The translations under genes and the position numbers were made by a program. From positions 32,000 to 95,999 of the forward strand of contig CAYSXP010000012.1 in NCBI GenBank assembly GCA_964435015.1: a DNA stretch of 64,000 bases, in the 5' to 3' direction. The notes under the pieces are model-generated. The model saw only the letters and a list, made by a program, of their open reading frames with translations. It was not told the DNA's origin and did no database searches. The first letter of the stretch is position 1. Every line of letters begins with the position of its first letter. Below are positions 19,571-29,099 of the stretch, piece after piece. Source of the stretch: an uncultured Rikenellaceae bacterium. GTDB taxonomy: Bacteria > Bacteroidota > Bacteroidia > Bacteroidales > VadinHA17.

Positions 19571-21124
19571 TCACTGAATATCCCAGAATACTCTTGTACC
19601 CAGGTTATCGCCCCCAATATTTGCAGCCGCTGCTTCAACGCTGGCAGTATTGACTGTTTTCTCCCTGAGGGGGTAAGGCAGCCTGTGAATGAATCCGCCT
19701 GCAGCCGGGGTTTGAACCGACGGATCTTCGCCCCGGTAATCGATTGGTGAAAGCCGGGGGTATCCGCTTCTCCTGAAATTCGCCCAGTTTTCGGCCCAGT
19801 TCATGCAGGAAGAAACCCAGTACTGTTCGTTTATCTGCTCAAGCGCCCTCGATGGATCGAAAGCTACCCCGGTCTGAGCCAGGTAGTCATCAACTTCTGC
19901 AGGAGTAATTGCGTAGGCTGCCCCGAAAAGATTATTGTTTTGCTCCATGCCGGCCCGGATACCTGCTTCGTAATACTCAAGGGCAGTGCCGGTTGCAATA
20001 AATTCGCGATAGCTGGCTTCAGCAAGCAGCAATCTGGTAAGAGCATGGGTTACCAGCCAGCTTCTGCCGTCGATCTTTCCGACAGTGGCCCTGTTATACT
20101 GTGAATAAGCAAAAGCTGCGCCTATTTTGCCGGGAAATCCGGGTGCGGATGCAATGGAATTTTCATCATAACCGTATGGCATCCCCTGCTGATCGGCAAG
20201 ATTGTTATTCATTGCACCTGCTGTCTCAAGGGGATTATATGGAAACTCGTACTTTACAAGGATATACCTGGCCCTTGGGTCATTTGTGCTTTTCAGAAAA
20301 TCCACAAATGGCGCACCGACATAATAGTTGTGCCGTTCGGTGCTGTTCAGCATGTTTCCCGTACCATAGGCAAAAGTGGGATTGTACTGCAGAAACACAT
20401 TATCTGCATTTGAAGACATGACGCCTCCCCTTGACGGATCAACAGCTTTTTCAACAATCTGTTTGGCTTTTGCCGGATTTAATTTTGTATACCTCATGCC
20501 GGCTCTCAGCAACAGGGAATTGCCCAGTTTTTTCCATTTTGCAATGTCGCCGTTGAAAAACATCTCCTTTACCACATCTTTTGCCGGATCCAATGCATCG
20601 GTCGCCTGCTCGTATTCCCTGAGGATGTCTTCATAAACAGCCTTCTGGTCATCATATTTCGGAAGGAAGTTGGCATTGATGAAACCCAGTCCCGCCTCCG
20701 TATACGGCACATCGCCATAAGTGTCGACAAGCAGCTGGAAGCAATATGCCTTCCATATCCTGCACATATTGTAAAGATTGGTTCTTGCTGAATTGCCTTC
20801 CAGTTTTCTCAGGGCATCGACAAGATTCCGTACAGGAGTCTGATATAGCGTATTGAACATGGCGTTGGAATTGGCATCATTCACTGTATTTCTGTTTCCG
20901 CCTTCGAGAACGCCTCCATAGGGAGTAACGATCTGCTGTACGATCTCACCCTGGTAGTGATAGGTTGATACATCTGCGACACGCTGTGCTTCAGTGAATA
21001 AATACAGGGGATCGAGGTCAGTTGCAAGAACGGGGTTGGTGTTGATTTTCCCGAAGTCCCTGTCGCAGCTGCCGGCTACCAGAAGCAGGGCAAACAATAT
21101 CGTTGGCAAGTATTTAATTTTCAT
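19571..21124 (-). CDS. SusD/RagB family nutrient-binding outer membrane lipoprotein
   Basis: Start trimmed to MKIKYLPTILFALLLVAGSCDRDFGKINTNP (lipobox plus SusD-like N-terminus). It lies 20 nt downstream of a SusC gene. Confidence 0.85.
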   Translation of the reverse strand: MKIKYLPTILFALLLVAGSCDRDFGKINTNPVLATDLDPLYLFTEAQRVADVSTYHYQGEIVQQIVTPYGGVLEGGNRNTVNDANSNAMFNTLYQTPVRNLVDALRKLEGNSARTNLYNMCRIWKAYCFQLLVDTYGDVPYTEAGLGFINANFLPKYDDQKAVYEDILREYEQATDALDPAKDVVKEMFFNGDIAKWKKLGNSLLLRAGMRYTKLNPAKAKQIVEKAVDPSRGGVMSSNADNVFLQYNPTFAYGTGNMLNSTERHNYYVGAPFVDFLKSTNDPRARYILVKYEFPYNPLETAGAMNNNLADQQGMPYGYDENSIASAPGFPGKIGAAFAYSQYNRATVGKIDGRSWLVTHALTRLLLAEASYREFIATGTALEYYEAGIRAGMEQNNNLFGAAYAITPAEVDDYLAQTGVAFDPSRALEQINEQYWVSSCMNWAENWANFRRSGYPRLSPIDYRGEDPSVQTPAAGGFIHRLPYPLREKTVNTASVEAAAANIGGDNLGTRVFWDIQ

Positions 21125-21143
21125 AATCTGTGCTATTAAGGGG

Positions 21144-24100
21144 TTAGAACTTAACATTTAAACTTAATCCGTAGCTGCGAAGTGTCGGGAGGCCGGAGGA
21201 TTCGAGCCCGGCTTTATTGTCAGACACAGAGTATACAGTTTCCGGATCGAGATTGTCAACATGCTTTCTGATAAGGAAGAAATTATTGATATAACCACTA
21301 ACAGTAAGGCTTCTGATCAGATCAAGTTTCAGTATGTTCGTGAGGTCGGCACCAACAGAAAGAGTCCTGAACCTGATAAAGCTGGCATCATAAATGAACG
21401 GAGTCACAACATATTTGCCGCGGTAATCGGCATAGAAAGCTTCTGCTTCCACCGGTGTGGTATTGGGGGATCCGTCAGTGTTGTAACCGTCAAAGACAAC
21501 TCCGCCTTCCCTTCCGACAAGAGATGATTTGGTAAGCCCGTGCCTGAGGCAGTTAAAGTTTGTATTTGAAAGCATCTTATGGCCGGATTTGAAGTCTATT
21601 TGTGTCTTCACGTAGAACATCCTGTAAGTGAAGGTGTTGATCCAGGCGCCAATATGCCTGGGGATAGCGCTTCCGAATGTTTTGTATTCCCCGGCAAGGA
21701 ACCTTCCGTCGGAGGTTATTACTCTGCCCTGTGCATCCCGTTTATAGTCAATGCCCCTGATGGAAGCCATTGGTTTACCGACTTCATGGGATGTGACTCC
21801 GATAAAATCACCTTCGCCAACGTCAATCTTTTTCTGGCCGCCAGCCAGTTCCAGCACTGTGCTGTTGTTGAAGGTATAGTTAAATGCGCTTTCCCATGAG
21901 AAATTAACTGTACGCACCGGAATCACACTGAGCAGTATCTCAACACCCTGGTTCCTGAGCCTTCCTACATTGACCCTTGTTGAAGAAAATCCTGAGGCGT
22001 TTGAAATATCTACATTAAGTATTTCGTCCACAGTGTTTTTCCGGTATACTGCCAGGTCAAATGAGATTCTGCGGTCGAAAAAGATCAGTTCCAACCCAGC
22101 TTCCGCTTCCCTTACTTTAAGCGGTTTAAGGTTCGGATTGGGACTGACGGAGCCCGATATTCCACCGATTGCATAACCATTGAAAGGGTTTGTATTCATT
22201 GAATAGAAAAGAGCATTTGTATATGGGTTCGTATCTCCTCCCACTTCAGCATAGGCCACCCTTACCTTTCCGTAATCGAGCCATGATGGCATTGCATCGG
22301 CAAAAGCCTGGGTGAATATAAAGCTTGTGCTAGCCGAGGGGTATAGGTAACTGTTGGATTTTGGATTCAGGGTTGAGAACCAGTCGTTCCGGCCGGTCAG
22401 GTTTACAAACAGGTAGTCCCTGAATGACAGGTCGATGGTTCCGTAAAGGGAATTGACCTTTTTCCGGCTGTAGCTGTAGCTGGGGTTTTTGGTCTGTCCG
22501 TTGCCAATGGTATAAAGGCCGCGCACATAAAAGTTCGTGACGGACTCCTGGAGCATCTGGTAGACATTGTTCATTGTGTTCCCTCCGAAAGTTGCTCCGA
22601 CCGCAAAATTTCCCATTTTTTTGTTGGCTCCGACAAGAAAGTCCATATTTGTTTCACGGCGGTCGCGGAAATTCTGGGTATACGACCCGTTGAATCCTGT
22701 AACGGGGGAGGCAAGCGATGCAGTGCCGGTAGGCATATTAAATTCATGATACATCGAATACCAGTCCTGTCCGATCCTTCCCTGGGCATAAAGCCAGGGG
22801 GTGAACTGGTACCTCAGCAATATGTTGCCGATGACCCTGTTCCTTTTCAGATCTTCAAAACGCTCATACATTGTCCAGTACGGGTTGGTGCGGTTTGTAA
22901 ACCTTGAAAGGGCAATTTCGTTTCCGGTTACGGGATCTTTGTAGGTTGCCTCGAGCCATCTCGGATCAACACTGTTTGCAAGGGTGTAGATGGTGTTTGC
23001 CGTTGTGAAGTCCTGTCCGCCCACTGCAGGAGGATTGTGGTTGTTTTCCAGCGAATAGTTGGCATTCATCTGAACGGAAAGCTTTTTTGTAAGATTGTAG
23101 TTCAGTCCGAGATCGACCACGTTCTTTTTGAATTTTGCGGCAGGTACAATACTTGAAGAATTGTGATTTGTGAAGGAGAGTCTGAATCCTCCTTTCGCAT
23201 CACCACCTGAGATGGCTGCAGAATTAATGTAGCTGAGGCCAGTCTGATAAAATGCCTTAATTCTGTCCTTAAAGGGCAGATAAGGTTTTTCAGTACCGTC
23301 ATATTGCCATGCAGGGAGGCCATCGAATTTGGTACCGAAACTCCACACTCCCGTTCTGCGTGCATCAACAAGGCTTGCCGGGCGGATCCCGTTCTCGCCC
23401 TGACCGTACTCATACTGAAAATCAGTATAATCAAGTGCCTGGTCAGCCTGGAAGCTGGATGAGAGCTCAACCCCAATGCCTTTCTGACCCGCGCCTGATT
23501 TTGTGGTAATTATGATTACCCCGTCCTTGGCACGGTATCCGTAAAGGGCAGCGGCCGTGGCGCCCTTCAGCACCGTCATTGATTCAATATCATCAGGATT
23601 GAGGCTGAGCAATCCGTCGCCCAGGTCAACATTATACGAACCGGTAATGTAACTATTGTCAATGGGCACTCCGTTGACAACAAAAAGCGGTGAATTATTT
23701 CCGCCAAATGATGACTGCCCCCTGATCCTGATCTTTGATGAGCCTCCCGGGCCGGTAGGCGGTGTTGACACATTCAGTCCGGCAACCTTGCCGATCAGGC
23801 TGTTTCCCATATTGGTAAGCTTTGTCGCGGCAAATTCCCGGGCATCAACAGCAGTAGCCGAATAGCCGAGACTCTTGGCCTCGCGCTTGATTCCAAGGGC
23901 CGTTACAACAACCTCACCAAGGGCAGTGGTTTCCTCTGTCAGTTGTGCATCAACCGTTCGCCTCCCGGAAATTGGGGTTTCCAGCGGTGTGTAGCCGATA
24001 AAGCTGAAAACCAGGGTTCCGGTCAGATCCGGAACTGCAAGCGAGTATCGTCCCTGAGCATCGGTGATCGTACCTGTAGTGGTACCCCTCAAAAGGACAT

Positions 24101-24305
24101 TAACTCCTGGCAGCATCTCACCCCTGATGTCAGTGACCCTGCCCGTTATCACGGTCTGCTGGGGATCAGCGGCCAGTGCAGAAGCCTGATGAGCCATTGA
24201 ACACAAGACGCTGATGCCTGCTATTGCAATTGCAGTCCTGAGTCCGCTGGTCAGTCTTTTAAATACCGGATGCGGTTGCATCCATCGATTTGGTTTCTTT
24301 TTCAT
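21144..24305 (-). CDS. SusC/RagA family TonB-linked outer membrane protein
   Basis: 1053 aa. It has a carboxypeptidase-regulatory-like domain (ITGRVTDIRGEMLPGVNVLLRGT), a plug (VVVTALGIKRE, TonB-box region) and a large barrel ending ...LSLNVKF. No STN/anti-sigma domain is present. Confidence 0.9.
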   Translation of the reverse strand: MKKKPNRWMQPHPVFKRLTSGLRTAIAIAGISVLCSMAHQASALAADPQQTVITGRVTDIRGEMLPGVNVLLRGTTTGTITDAQGRYSLAVPDLTGTLVFSFIGYTPLETPISGRRTVDAQLTEETTALGEVVVTALGIKREAKSLGYSATAVDAREFAATKLTNMGNSLIGKVAGLNVSTPPTGPGGSSKIRIRGQSSFGGNNSPLFVVNGVPIDNSYITGSYNVDLGDGLLSLNPDDIESMTVLKGATAAALYGYRAKDGVIIITTKSGAGQKGIGVELSSSFQADQALDYTDFQYEYGQGENGIRPASLVDARRTGVWSFGTKFDGLPAWQYDGTEKPYLPFKDRIKAFYQTGLSYINSAAISGGDAKGGFRLSFTNHNSSSIVPAAKFKKNVVDLGLNYNLTKKLSVQMNANYSLENNHNPPAVGGQDFTTANTIYTLANSVDPRWLEATYKDPVTGNEIALSRFTNRTNPYWTMYERFEDLKRNRVIGNILLRYQFTPWLYAQGRIGQDWYSMYHEFNMPTGTASLASPVTGFNGSYTQNFRDRRETNMDFLVGANKKMGNFAVGATFGGNTMNNVYQMLQESVTNFYVRGLYTIGNGQTKNPSYSYSRKKVNSLYGTIDLSFRDYLFVNLTGRNDWFSTLNPKSNSYLYPSASTSFIFTQAFADAMPSWLDYGKVRVAYAEVGGDTNPYTNALFYSMNTNPFNGYAIGGISGSVSPNPNLKPLKVREAEAGLELIFFDRRISFDLAVYRKNTVDEILNVDISNASGFSSTRVNVGRLRNQGVEILLSVIPVRTVNFSWESAFNYTFNNSTVLELAGGQKKIDVGEGDFIGVTSHEVGKPMASIRGIDYKRDAQGRVITSDGRFLAGEYKTFGSAIPRHIGAWINTFTYRMFYVKTQIDFKSGHKMLSNTNFNCLRHGLTKSSLVGREGGVVFDGYNTDGSPNTTPVEAEAFYADYRGKYVVTPFIYDASFIRFRTLSVGADLTNILKLDLIRSLTVSGYINNFFLIRKHVDNLDPETVYSVSDNKAGLESSGLPTLRSYGLSLNVKF

Positions 24306-24347
24306 AGTTCAGATAATTTAGTTAGGGGTTCATTCTGGTAATTCGGC

Positions 24348-24390
24348 AAAAAAAAACTAACCTGCCGTGTATCAGCCTCTTCCACGGCAG
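24348..24390 (-). terminator. Terminator-like hairpin plus T-tract inside the susC 5' leader (possible attenuator)
   Basis: CTGCCGTG (24362-24369) pairs with CACGGCAG (24383-24390), with a 13-nt loop. On the minus strand the hairpin is followed after 5 nt by nine T (24348-24356). The T-run ends 42 nt before the susC ATG. Confidence 0.4.
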
Positions 24391-24876
24391 TGTAAAATAT
24401 CTTTCCGGTCCACCCGGGTTTGTCATTTCAGTTGATATTTACACAAAGCGCAGACAGTCATGATTGTATTTGCATTAAAGAACAATAACGCCGGGTAATG
24501 TAACACAACACACGAAACAACCTATGAATCAGCAGATTTATCCCATACCCGGGGCAGTGCCCTTGTGCAGCCATGCCCCCCCTTCACTCAGACCGGAAGA
24601 ACCATCCGGCCAATTTTCCCTGGAGCGGGACAAACCGGGAAGACCAATGAAATAATAATCGTCAAAACAGACAGCATATAAACAAATATAATAAAAAATG
24701 AAACGCGTAACATTGTTTCGCGCCAAATGCATATTCTGCTTTGATTATTTCCCCGTTCAGTGCACCTGACTTTAATTATACAGTTCTGATTCAGGCACAT
24801 ATTTTCCGGAACGTTTGATATACAGGTTGACGGACACTGAAATTTTTACTTAATATTGCAAAAAAATCCTCCGGGT

Positions 24877-25344
24877 ATGAAAAAATATTTCCTCGACACG
24901 GGCGAATCAGGGAAAGTCGTTCGCGGGTTTCAGCTTTTTTTCGGAACGGTATGTCTTGCCGTGTCCTTTGCGTGGTTGATTCTCTACCCTGGTCAGGTCA
25001 AATCCGGGATCTCATTCTGGGGTAGTCTTCTGTTTCTTTCGATATTCGGTGTATACCAGATAAATGCCGGTATTGGCCGGGGCAGGAGATTTATCGGGAT
25101 TGAAGAAAAAAGGATATCCTTCAAAAGTGTTCCATTGCTGCCTCCCAGGTTAATCGGATTTGATGAAATCGGGAAGGTTGAGATCTTTCCCCTGAGCATT
25201 GTTTTATTCATGAAAGCCGGAAGAAAAGTAACAATAAGGTTGGGGACAACATATACGGATATGATCGGCCCTCTTAAGGATGCCATTGCGACCGGGGCTG
25301 AAGAGATGAATATTCCGGTTGAATTCAAACAGGAAGAGATCTAG
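24877..25344 (+). CDS. Hypothetical membrane protein (two N-terminal TM helices, small soluble C-terminal domain)
   Basis: The ORF from ATG 24877 begins MKKYFLDTGESGK. The hydrophobic helices are FQLFFGTVCLAVSFAWLILY and ISFWGSLLFLSIFGVY. No family recognised. Confidence 0.5.
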   Translation: MKKYFLDTGESGKVVRGFQLFFGTVCLAVSFAWLILYPGQVKSGISFWGSLLFLSIFGVYQINAGIGRGRRFIGIEEKRISFKSVPLLPPRLIGFDEIGKVEIFPLSIVLFMKAGRKVTIRLGTTYTDMIGPLKDAIATGAEEMNIPVEFKQEEI

Positions 25345-27692
25345 AATTTCTCCATGGGATAGTAATCTTTTCCGGCTTCACAATTAAATCCGATGAGCCG
25401 GTCATTATACCTGACCCTGCATCGGCCGCCGGTTAGAGAATGGATCCTGACGGAGGTGATTTTGTGCTCTCTCCAGCTTATGTCAACGATAAAGTTCCCT
25501 CTTGCAACCAGGCCTTTTACATTTCCATCCCTCCAGGCGGGGGGCAGGGCGGGAAGAAGCTCAATAAAGTCCTGGTGGCTTTGAAGCAGCATTTCTGCAA
25601 TTCCCGCCGTACCTCCGAAATTTCCGTCAATCTGAAATGGCGGATGGCTGTCAAAAAGATTTGGCAGGGTTGATTTATCAAGAAGGCTGACAATATGGCT
25701 GTAAGCTTTCTCACCATCATGAAGGCGTGCGAAGAAATTTATTATCCAGGCCCGGCTCCACCCGGTGTGACCTCCTCCGTACGAAAGGCGCCTTTCGATA
25801 TTTCTTCCTGCTGCTTCATAGAGATCGGGGGTGGCCGGTGTGATCTGGGCCAGGGGATACAATCCCAGCAAATGTGACATATGCCTGTGACCGGGTTCAG
25901 CCTCTTCATAATCCCTGATCCACTCCTGTATCGTTCCTTTTGAATTTACCACCACGGGCGGAAGCATCCCGGTTGTTTTCCTTATCCGTTCCACCAGCCC
26001 GGGGTCCTGTCCTGTGATCTGTGCAGCCTCAGAACAGTATTCAAGCACAGCCCTGACGGTCTGTATATCGACAGTGGCCGCATATGTAAGATATGCGGGC
26101 TCCTTGTTGCCGGGCAGGTAATACCTGTTCTCTGGTGAGGTTGAAGGGCAGGTAACCAGGAATCCTTCAGGAGAAGCCACAAGAAAATCCAGGACGAATT
26201 CTGCTGACCCCTTCAGTACAGGATATGCTATGTTTCTAAGGTAAGCAGTATCGCGGGTGAAAAGGAAATGTTCATACAGGGGGAATGTCATCCAGGGTCC
26301 GTTTGTCGGAGTCAGGCCCCAGAGTCCGTCAGCAACTCCCGTTCTTCCGAACGGGTCGGTGAGATGGTGCATTGTCCAGCCCCCGGCGCCGTACATTTCC
26401 CCTGCAGTGGCACTGCCCGGCCCGGTAATCCTCTTCATGAATTCCGCAAGCACCAGGACCGTTTCGGGAAGATTACACACCTCCGCCGGCCAGTAATTCA
26501 TCTGCAGATTGATATTGGTATGAAAATCGGAGTTCCACGGGGCATTGTATTCCCTGTTCCATATGCCCTGAAGGTTCGCGGGGAGAACGCCCGGGCGGCG
26601 GGAGGAGCTCATCAGCAGGTAGCGTCCGTACCGGAAATAAAGTGCAATAAGTCCGTTATCCTCCTGGCCGGATCCCAGGCGTTCGAGCCGTTCATTTACC
26701 GGTAGTTTCTGCAGTGAATCGGGGCCAAAATCAAGGCTTACCCTGTCGAACATTTTCCTGTGTTCCCCGACATGGGCATCAATAAGATTGCTCCATGATT
26801 TGACTCCGGCCTTGTCTAATATCGTTTTACAGACAAGTTCAGGATCAATTCTCCGGTCAAAATCAAGACTATCAGGGTTGTAATCAGTCGCAGCGGTAAT
26901 AAGTGCCATAATTTCCTCTGCCCCTGTGATCTTCAGCCTGTTACCCTCAACCGACAGATTGCCTTTTCTGATTTTTAACCGGACTTCCCCGGCAAATCTC
27001 ATGTGCAAGCCACCCGGGCCGCTCAAAGTATCGGGAGCATCATTTATCTGCCCCGACAGGACGATGGTCCCGCCGGCTGACAGCTTCACCACGGCATCCC
27101 TTTCCCTGTGCAGTTCAATGGCAGCATTGATCTTCCCTCCTTTCACCGGCCCTGTCCTGACAGCAATTACATTATCAACAGCTGAAGCAATAATCTCCTG
27201 CCGGAAAGCTTGTCCGCCTGCAGTGAATGAGGTTTCAACGATCCCGTTCCGCAGGTCAAGGCGGCGATTGTAATCAGCGACCGGTGCATCCCATGAATAA
27301 TTTATCAGCAAATCGCCCAGCGGCTGATATGAGCGGATACGCGGCGGTGTTCCAACGAAATTGTCAGCTGCGGTCTTCTCAACAGATTTAATGTCTCCCC
27401 TGAAAATGGCTTCCCGCAAATTCTGAAGATTTTTCAGGGCAGCCGGATTATTGTTATTGATCCTTGATCCGGCCCAGATACTCTCCTCATTTATCTGAAT
27501 GCATTCATTTCCCGGATCGCCGAACACCATTGCACCGATACGCCCGTTGCCAACCGGAAGTGCTTCGTTCCAGTCGGCTGCGGGCCTGTCGTACCACAGG
27601 CAGGGCGGATCCTGCCGTGTGCCGCACCTTCCAAGCAAAACAGCCGGCAGTATCAGCAATAAAATTCTTTTCATTGTTTTCAGTATTGGCAT
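25341..27692 (-). CDS. Glycoside hydrolase family 95 (alpha-L-fucosidase-like)
   Basis: 783 aa with a GH95 N-terminal signature LWYDRPAADWNEALPVGNGRIGAMVFG...INEESIWAG and length typical of the family. Confidence 0.85.
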   Translation of the reverse strand: MPILKTMKRILLLILPAVLLGRCGTRQDPPCLWYDRPAADWNEALPVGNGRIGAMVFGDPGNECIQINEESIWAGSRINNNNPAALKNLQNLREAIFRGDIKSVEKTAADNFVGTPPRIRSYQPLGDLLINYSWDAPVADYNRRLDLRNGIVETSFTAGGQAFRQEIIASAVDNVIAVRTGPVKGGKINAAIELHRERDAVVKLSAGGTIVLSGQINDAPDTLSGPGGLHMRFAGEVRLKIRKGNLSVEGNRLKITGAEEIMALITAATDYNPDSLDFDRRIDPELVCKTILDKAGVKSWSNLIDAHVGEHRKMFDRVSLDFGPDSLQKLPVNERLERLGSGQEDNGLIALYFRYGRYLLMSSSRRPGVLPANLQGIWNREYNAPWNSDFHTNINLQMNYWPAEVCNLPETVLVLAEFMKRITGPGSATAGEMYGAGGWTMHHLTDPFGRTGVADGLWGLTPTNGPWMTFPLYEHFLFTRDTAYLRNIAYPVLKGSAEFVLDFLVASPEGFLVTCPSTSPENRYYLPGNKEPAYLTYAATVDIQTVRAVLEYCSEAAQITGQDPGLVERIRKTTGMLPPVVVNSKGTIQEWIRDYEEAEPGHRHMSHLLGLYPLAQITPATPDLYEAAGRNIERRLSYGGGHTGWSRAWIINFFARLHDGEKAYSHIVSLLDKSTLPNLFDSHPPFQIDGNFGGTAGIAEMLLQSHQDFIELLPALPPAWRDGNVKGLVARGNFIVDISWREHKITSVRIHSLTGGRCRVRYNDRLIGFNCEAGKDYYPMEKF

Positions 27693-27758
27693 TATATAAA
27701 AGTAGCTTAATTTTCATTCCATCGCGAATTGGTGTATTTTTATTCCTGAAACCAGAAA

Positions 27759-28775
27759 GTGATGGGGCCGCTTTATCTTAAATATGACCGGTACATTGAA
27801 TGCAGGCTGTGCCCGCACAGGTGCAAGATTCCTGCCGGCAAGAGCGGCATTTGCGGGGTCAGGAAGAACACCGGCGATATGATCAGGCTTATCACATATA
27901 ATGTCATATCGGGTCATGCACTGGATCCTGTCGAAAAGAAGCCGCTTTATCATTTTTTCCCCGGGCACAGAATTCTGTCAGTCGGTTCATATGGCTGCAA
28001 CATGAGGTGTGATTTTTGTCAGAACTGGCACATTTCACAGCATCATCAGGCTGAATTCAGGGAAAATACAAGCATCGGCAGCCTTCTTTCCGAAGCCGGG
28101 CAGGCTGAAAGGAACATCGGGATAGCGTTCACTTACAATGAACCCGTCATCTGGTTTGAATTTATGCGCGACACAGCTGTCAGGTTCAGGGAAAGCGGCT
28201 TTTTCACTGTAATGGTGAGCAACGGTTACGTCAGCCGGGAGCCATTGGGTGAAATAACCGGTTTTATCGATGCTTTCAATATCGACCTTAAGGCATTCAA
28301 CGAATCATTCTATAAAAAACTTACAGGTGCTGACCTGGAGAGTGTCAGGGAGACACTCAGGTTCATAGCAAAAAAAGGGAAACACCTGGAAATTACAACC
28401 CTGATCATTCCGGGAAGGAACGACAGTGCAGAAGAAATGAAAAACCAGGCAAGATGGATTGCAGGGGAGCTGGGTGAAAACGTTCCGTTGCACCTCAGCA
28501 GATACTTCCCGATGTACAGAAGGCAGGATCCTGCAACACCGAAGCCGACTCTTGACGGCCTCCTTGAAGCTGCATCGAAATACCTGAAAAATGTTTACAC
28601 GGGCAATACCGATTCTTCAGCAGGGCAGGATACGATTTGCACGAACTGCGGAACAACAGTGACTGAAAGACACGGATACGGCATCAGGCTGCTGAATCTT
28701 GACAACGAGGGAAACTGCCTGCGGTGCGGCAACAGGGTTTACCGGTACTTCAATTTTTCGGCGCCAAACCACTGA
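27759..28775 (+). CDS. AmmeMemoRadiSam system radical SAM enzyme
   Basis: 338 aa. An N-terminal Cys cluster ECRLCPHRCKIPAGKSGICGVRKN is followed by DPVEKKPLYHFFPG and the radical SAM CxxxCxxC motif in GCNMRCDFCQNWHISQ. Confidence 0.8.
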   Translation: MMGPLYLKYDRYIECRLCPHRCKIPAGKSGICGVRKNTGDMIRLITYNVISGHALDPVEKKPLYHFFPGHRILSVGSYGCNMRCDFCQNWHISQHHQAEFRENTSIGSLLSEAGQAERNIGIAFTYNEPVIWFEFMRDTAVRFRESGFFTVMVSNGYVSREPLGEITGFIDAFNIDLKAFNESFYKKLTGADLESVRETLRFIAKKGKHLEITTLIIPGRNDSAEEMKNQARWIAGELGENVPLHLSRYFPMYRRQDPATPKPTLDGLLEAASKYLKNVYTGNTDSSAGQDTICTNCGTTVTERHGYGIRLLNLDNEGNCLRCGNRVYRYFNFSAPNH

Positions 28776-29040
28776 GCCGCGTGCAGAGATTGTCAATGCC
28801 AACGTAAAGATCCTTTGTCACATTTCTGAAATGATTCCTGACAACTGCAGGATCATCTCCTTTAACCGGATTGTTCACCCGTTTTATCAGATCATTTCTC
28901 AGGCTTATGGCATCTGAAATTATTCCGGCAACCTCTTCTGCCTTTTCATCCTGATGCAGGCTGCCAAACGAAAAGCAATCTGATATTACTTCGAAAGCAA
29001 GGCAGTCAATATCTTTTTTCAGTCTTCTGACACTCGACAT
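28750..29040 (-). CDS. Small conserved hypothetical protein (helical)
   Basis: 96-aa ORF MSSVRRLKKDIDCLAFEVISDC... It resembles small Bacteroidota proteins of unknown function that I recall. It overlaps the 3' end of the convergent radical SAM gene by 26 nt. Confidence 0.4.
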   Translation of the reverse strand: MSSVRRLKKDIDCLAFEVISDCFSFGSLHQDEKAEEVAGIISDAISLRNDLIKRVNNPVKGDDPAVVRNHFRNVTKDLYVGIDNLCTRLSGLAPKN

Positions 29041-29099
29041 ACAGCTGGTTTTAATTAAAAAGTCAAAGATAGGAAAAAATTGCCGGTCAATGCCTGTCT

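Noticed and set aside
24400-24700. Possible cobalamin riboswitch in the susC leader (AGGGAA, GCACTG...CCGGG-like strings; B12-box-like AGGCTGATACACGGCAG)
   Set aside because: The matches to the consensus are short and out of register. There is no GGTGNAANTCC block and the B12-box-like string has several mismatches. The downstream transporter is a SusC/SusD pair, not BtuB. I kept only the generic leader/attenuator hypothesis.
24538-24800. Small minus-strand ORFs (64 and 70 aa) in the susC upstream region
   Set aside because: They overlap each other in different frames, lack ribosome-binding or start context, and have implausible composition. The region is treated as non-coding.
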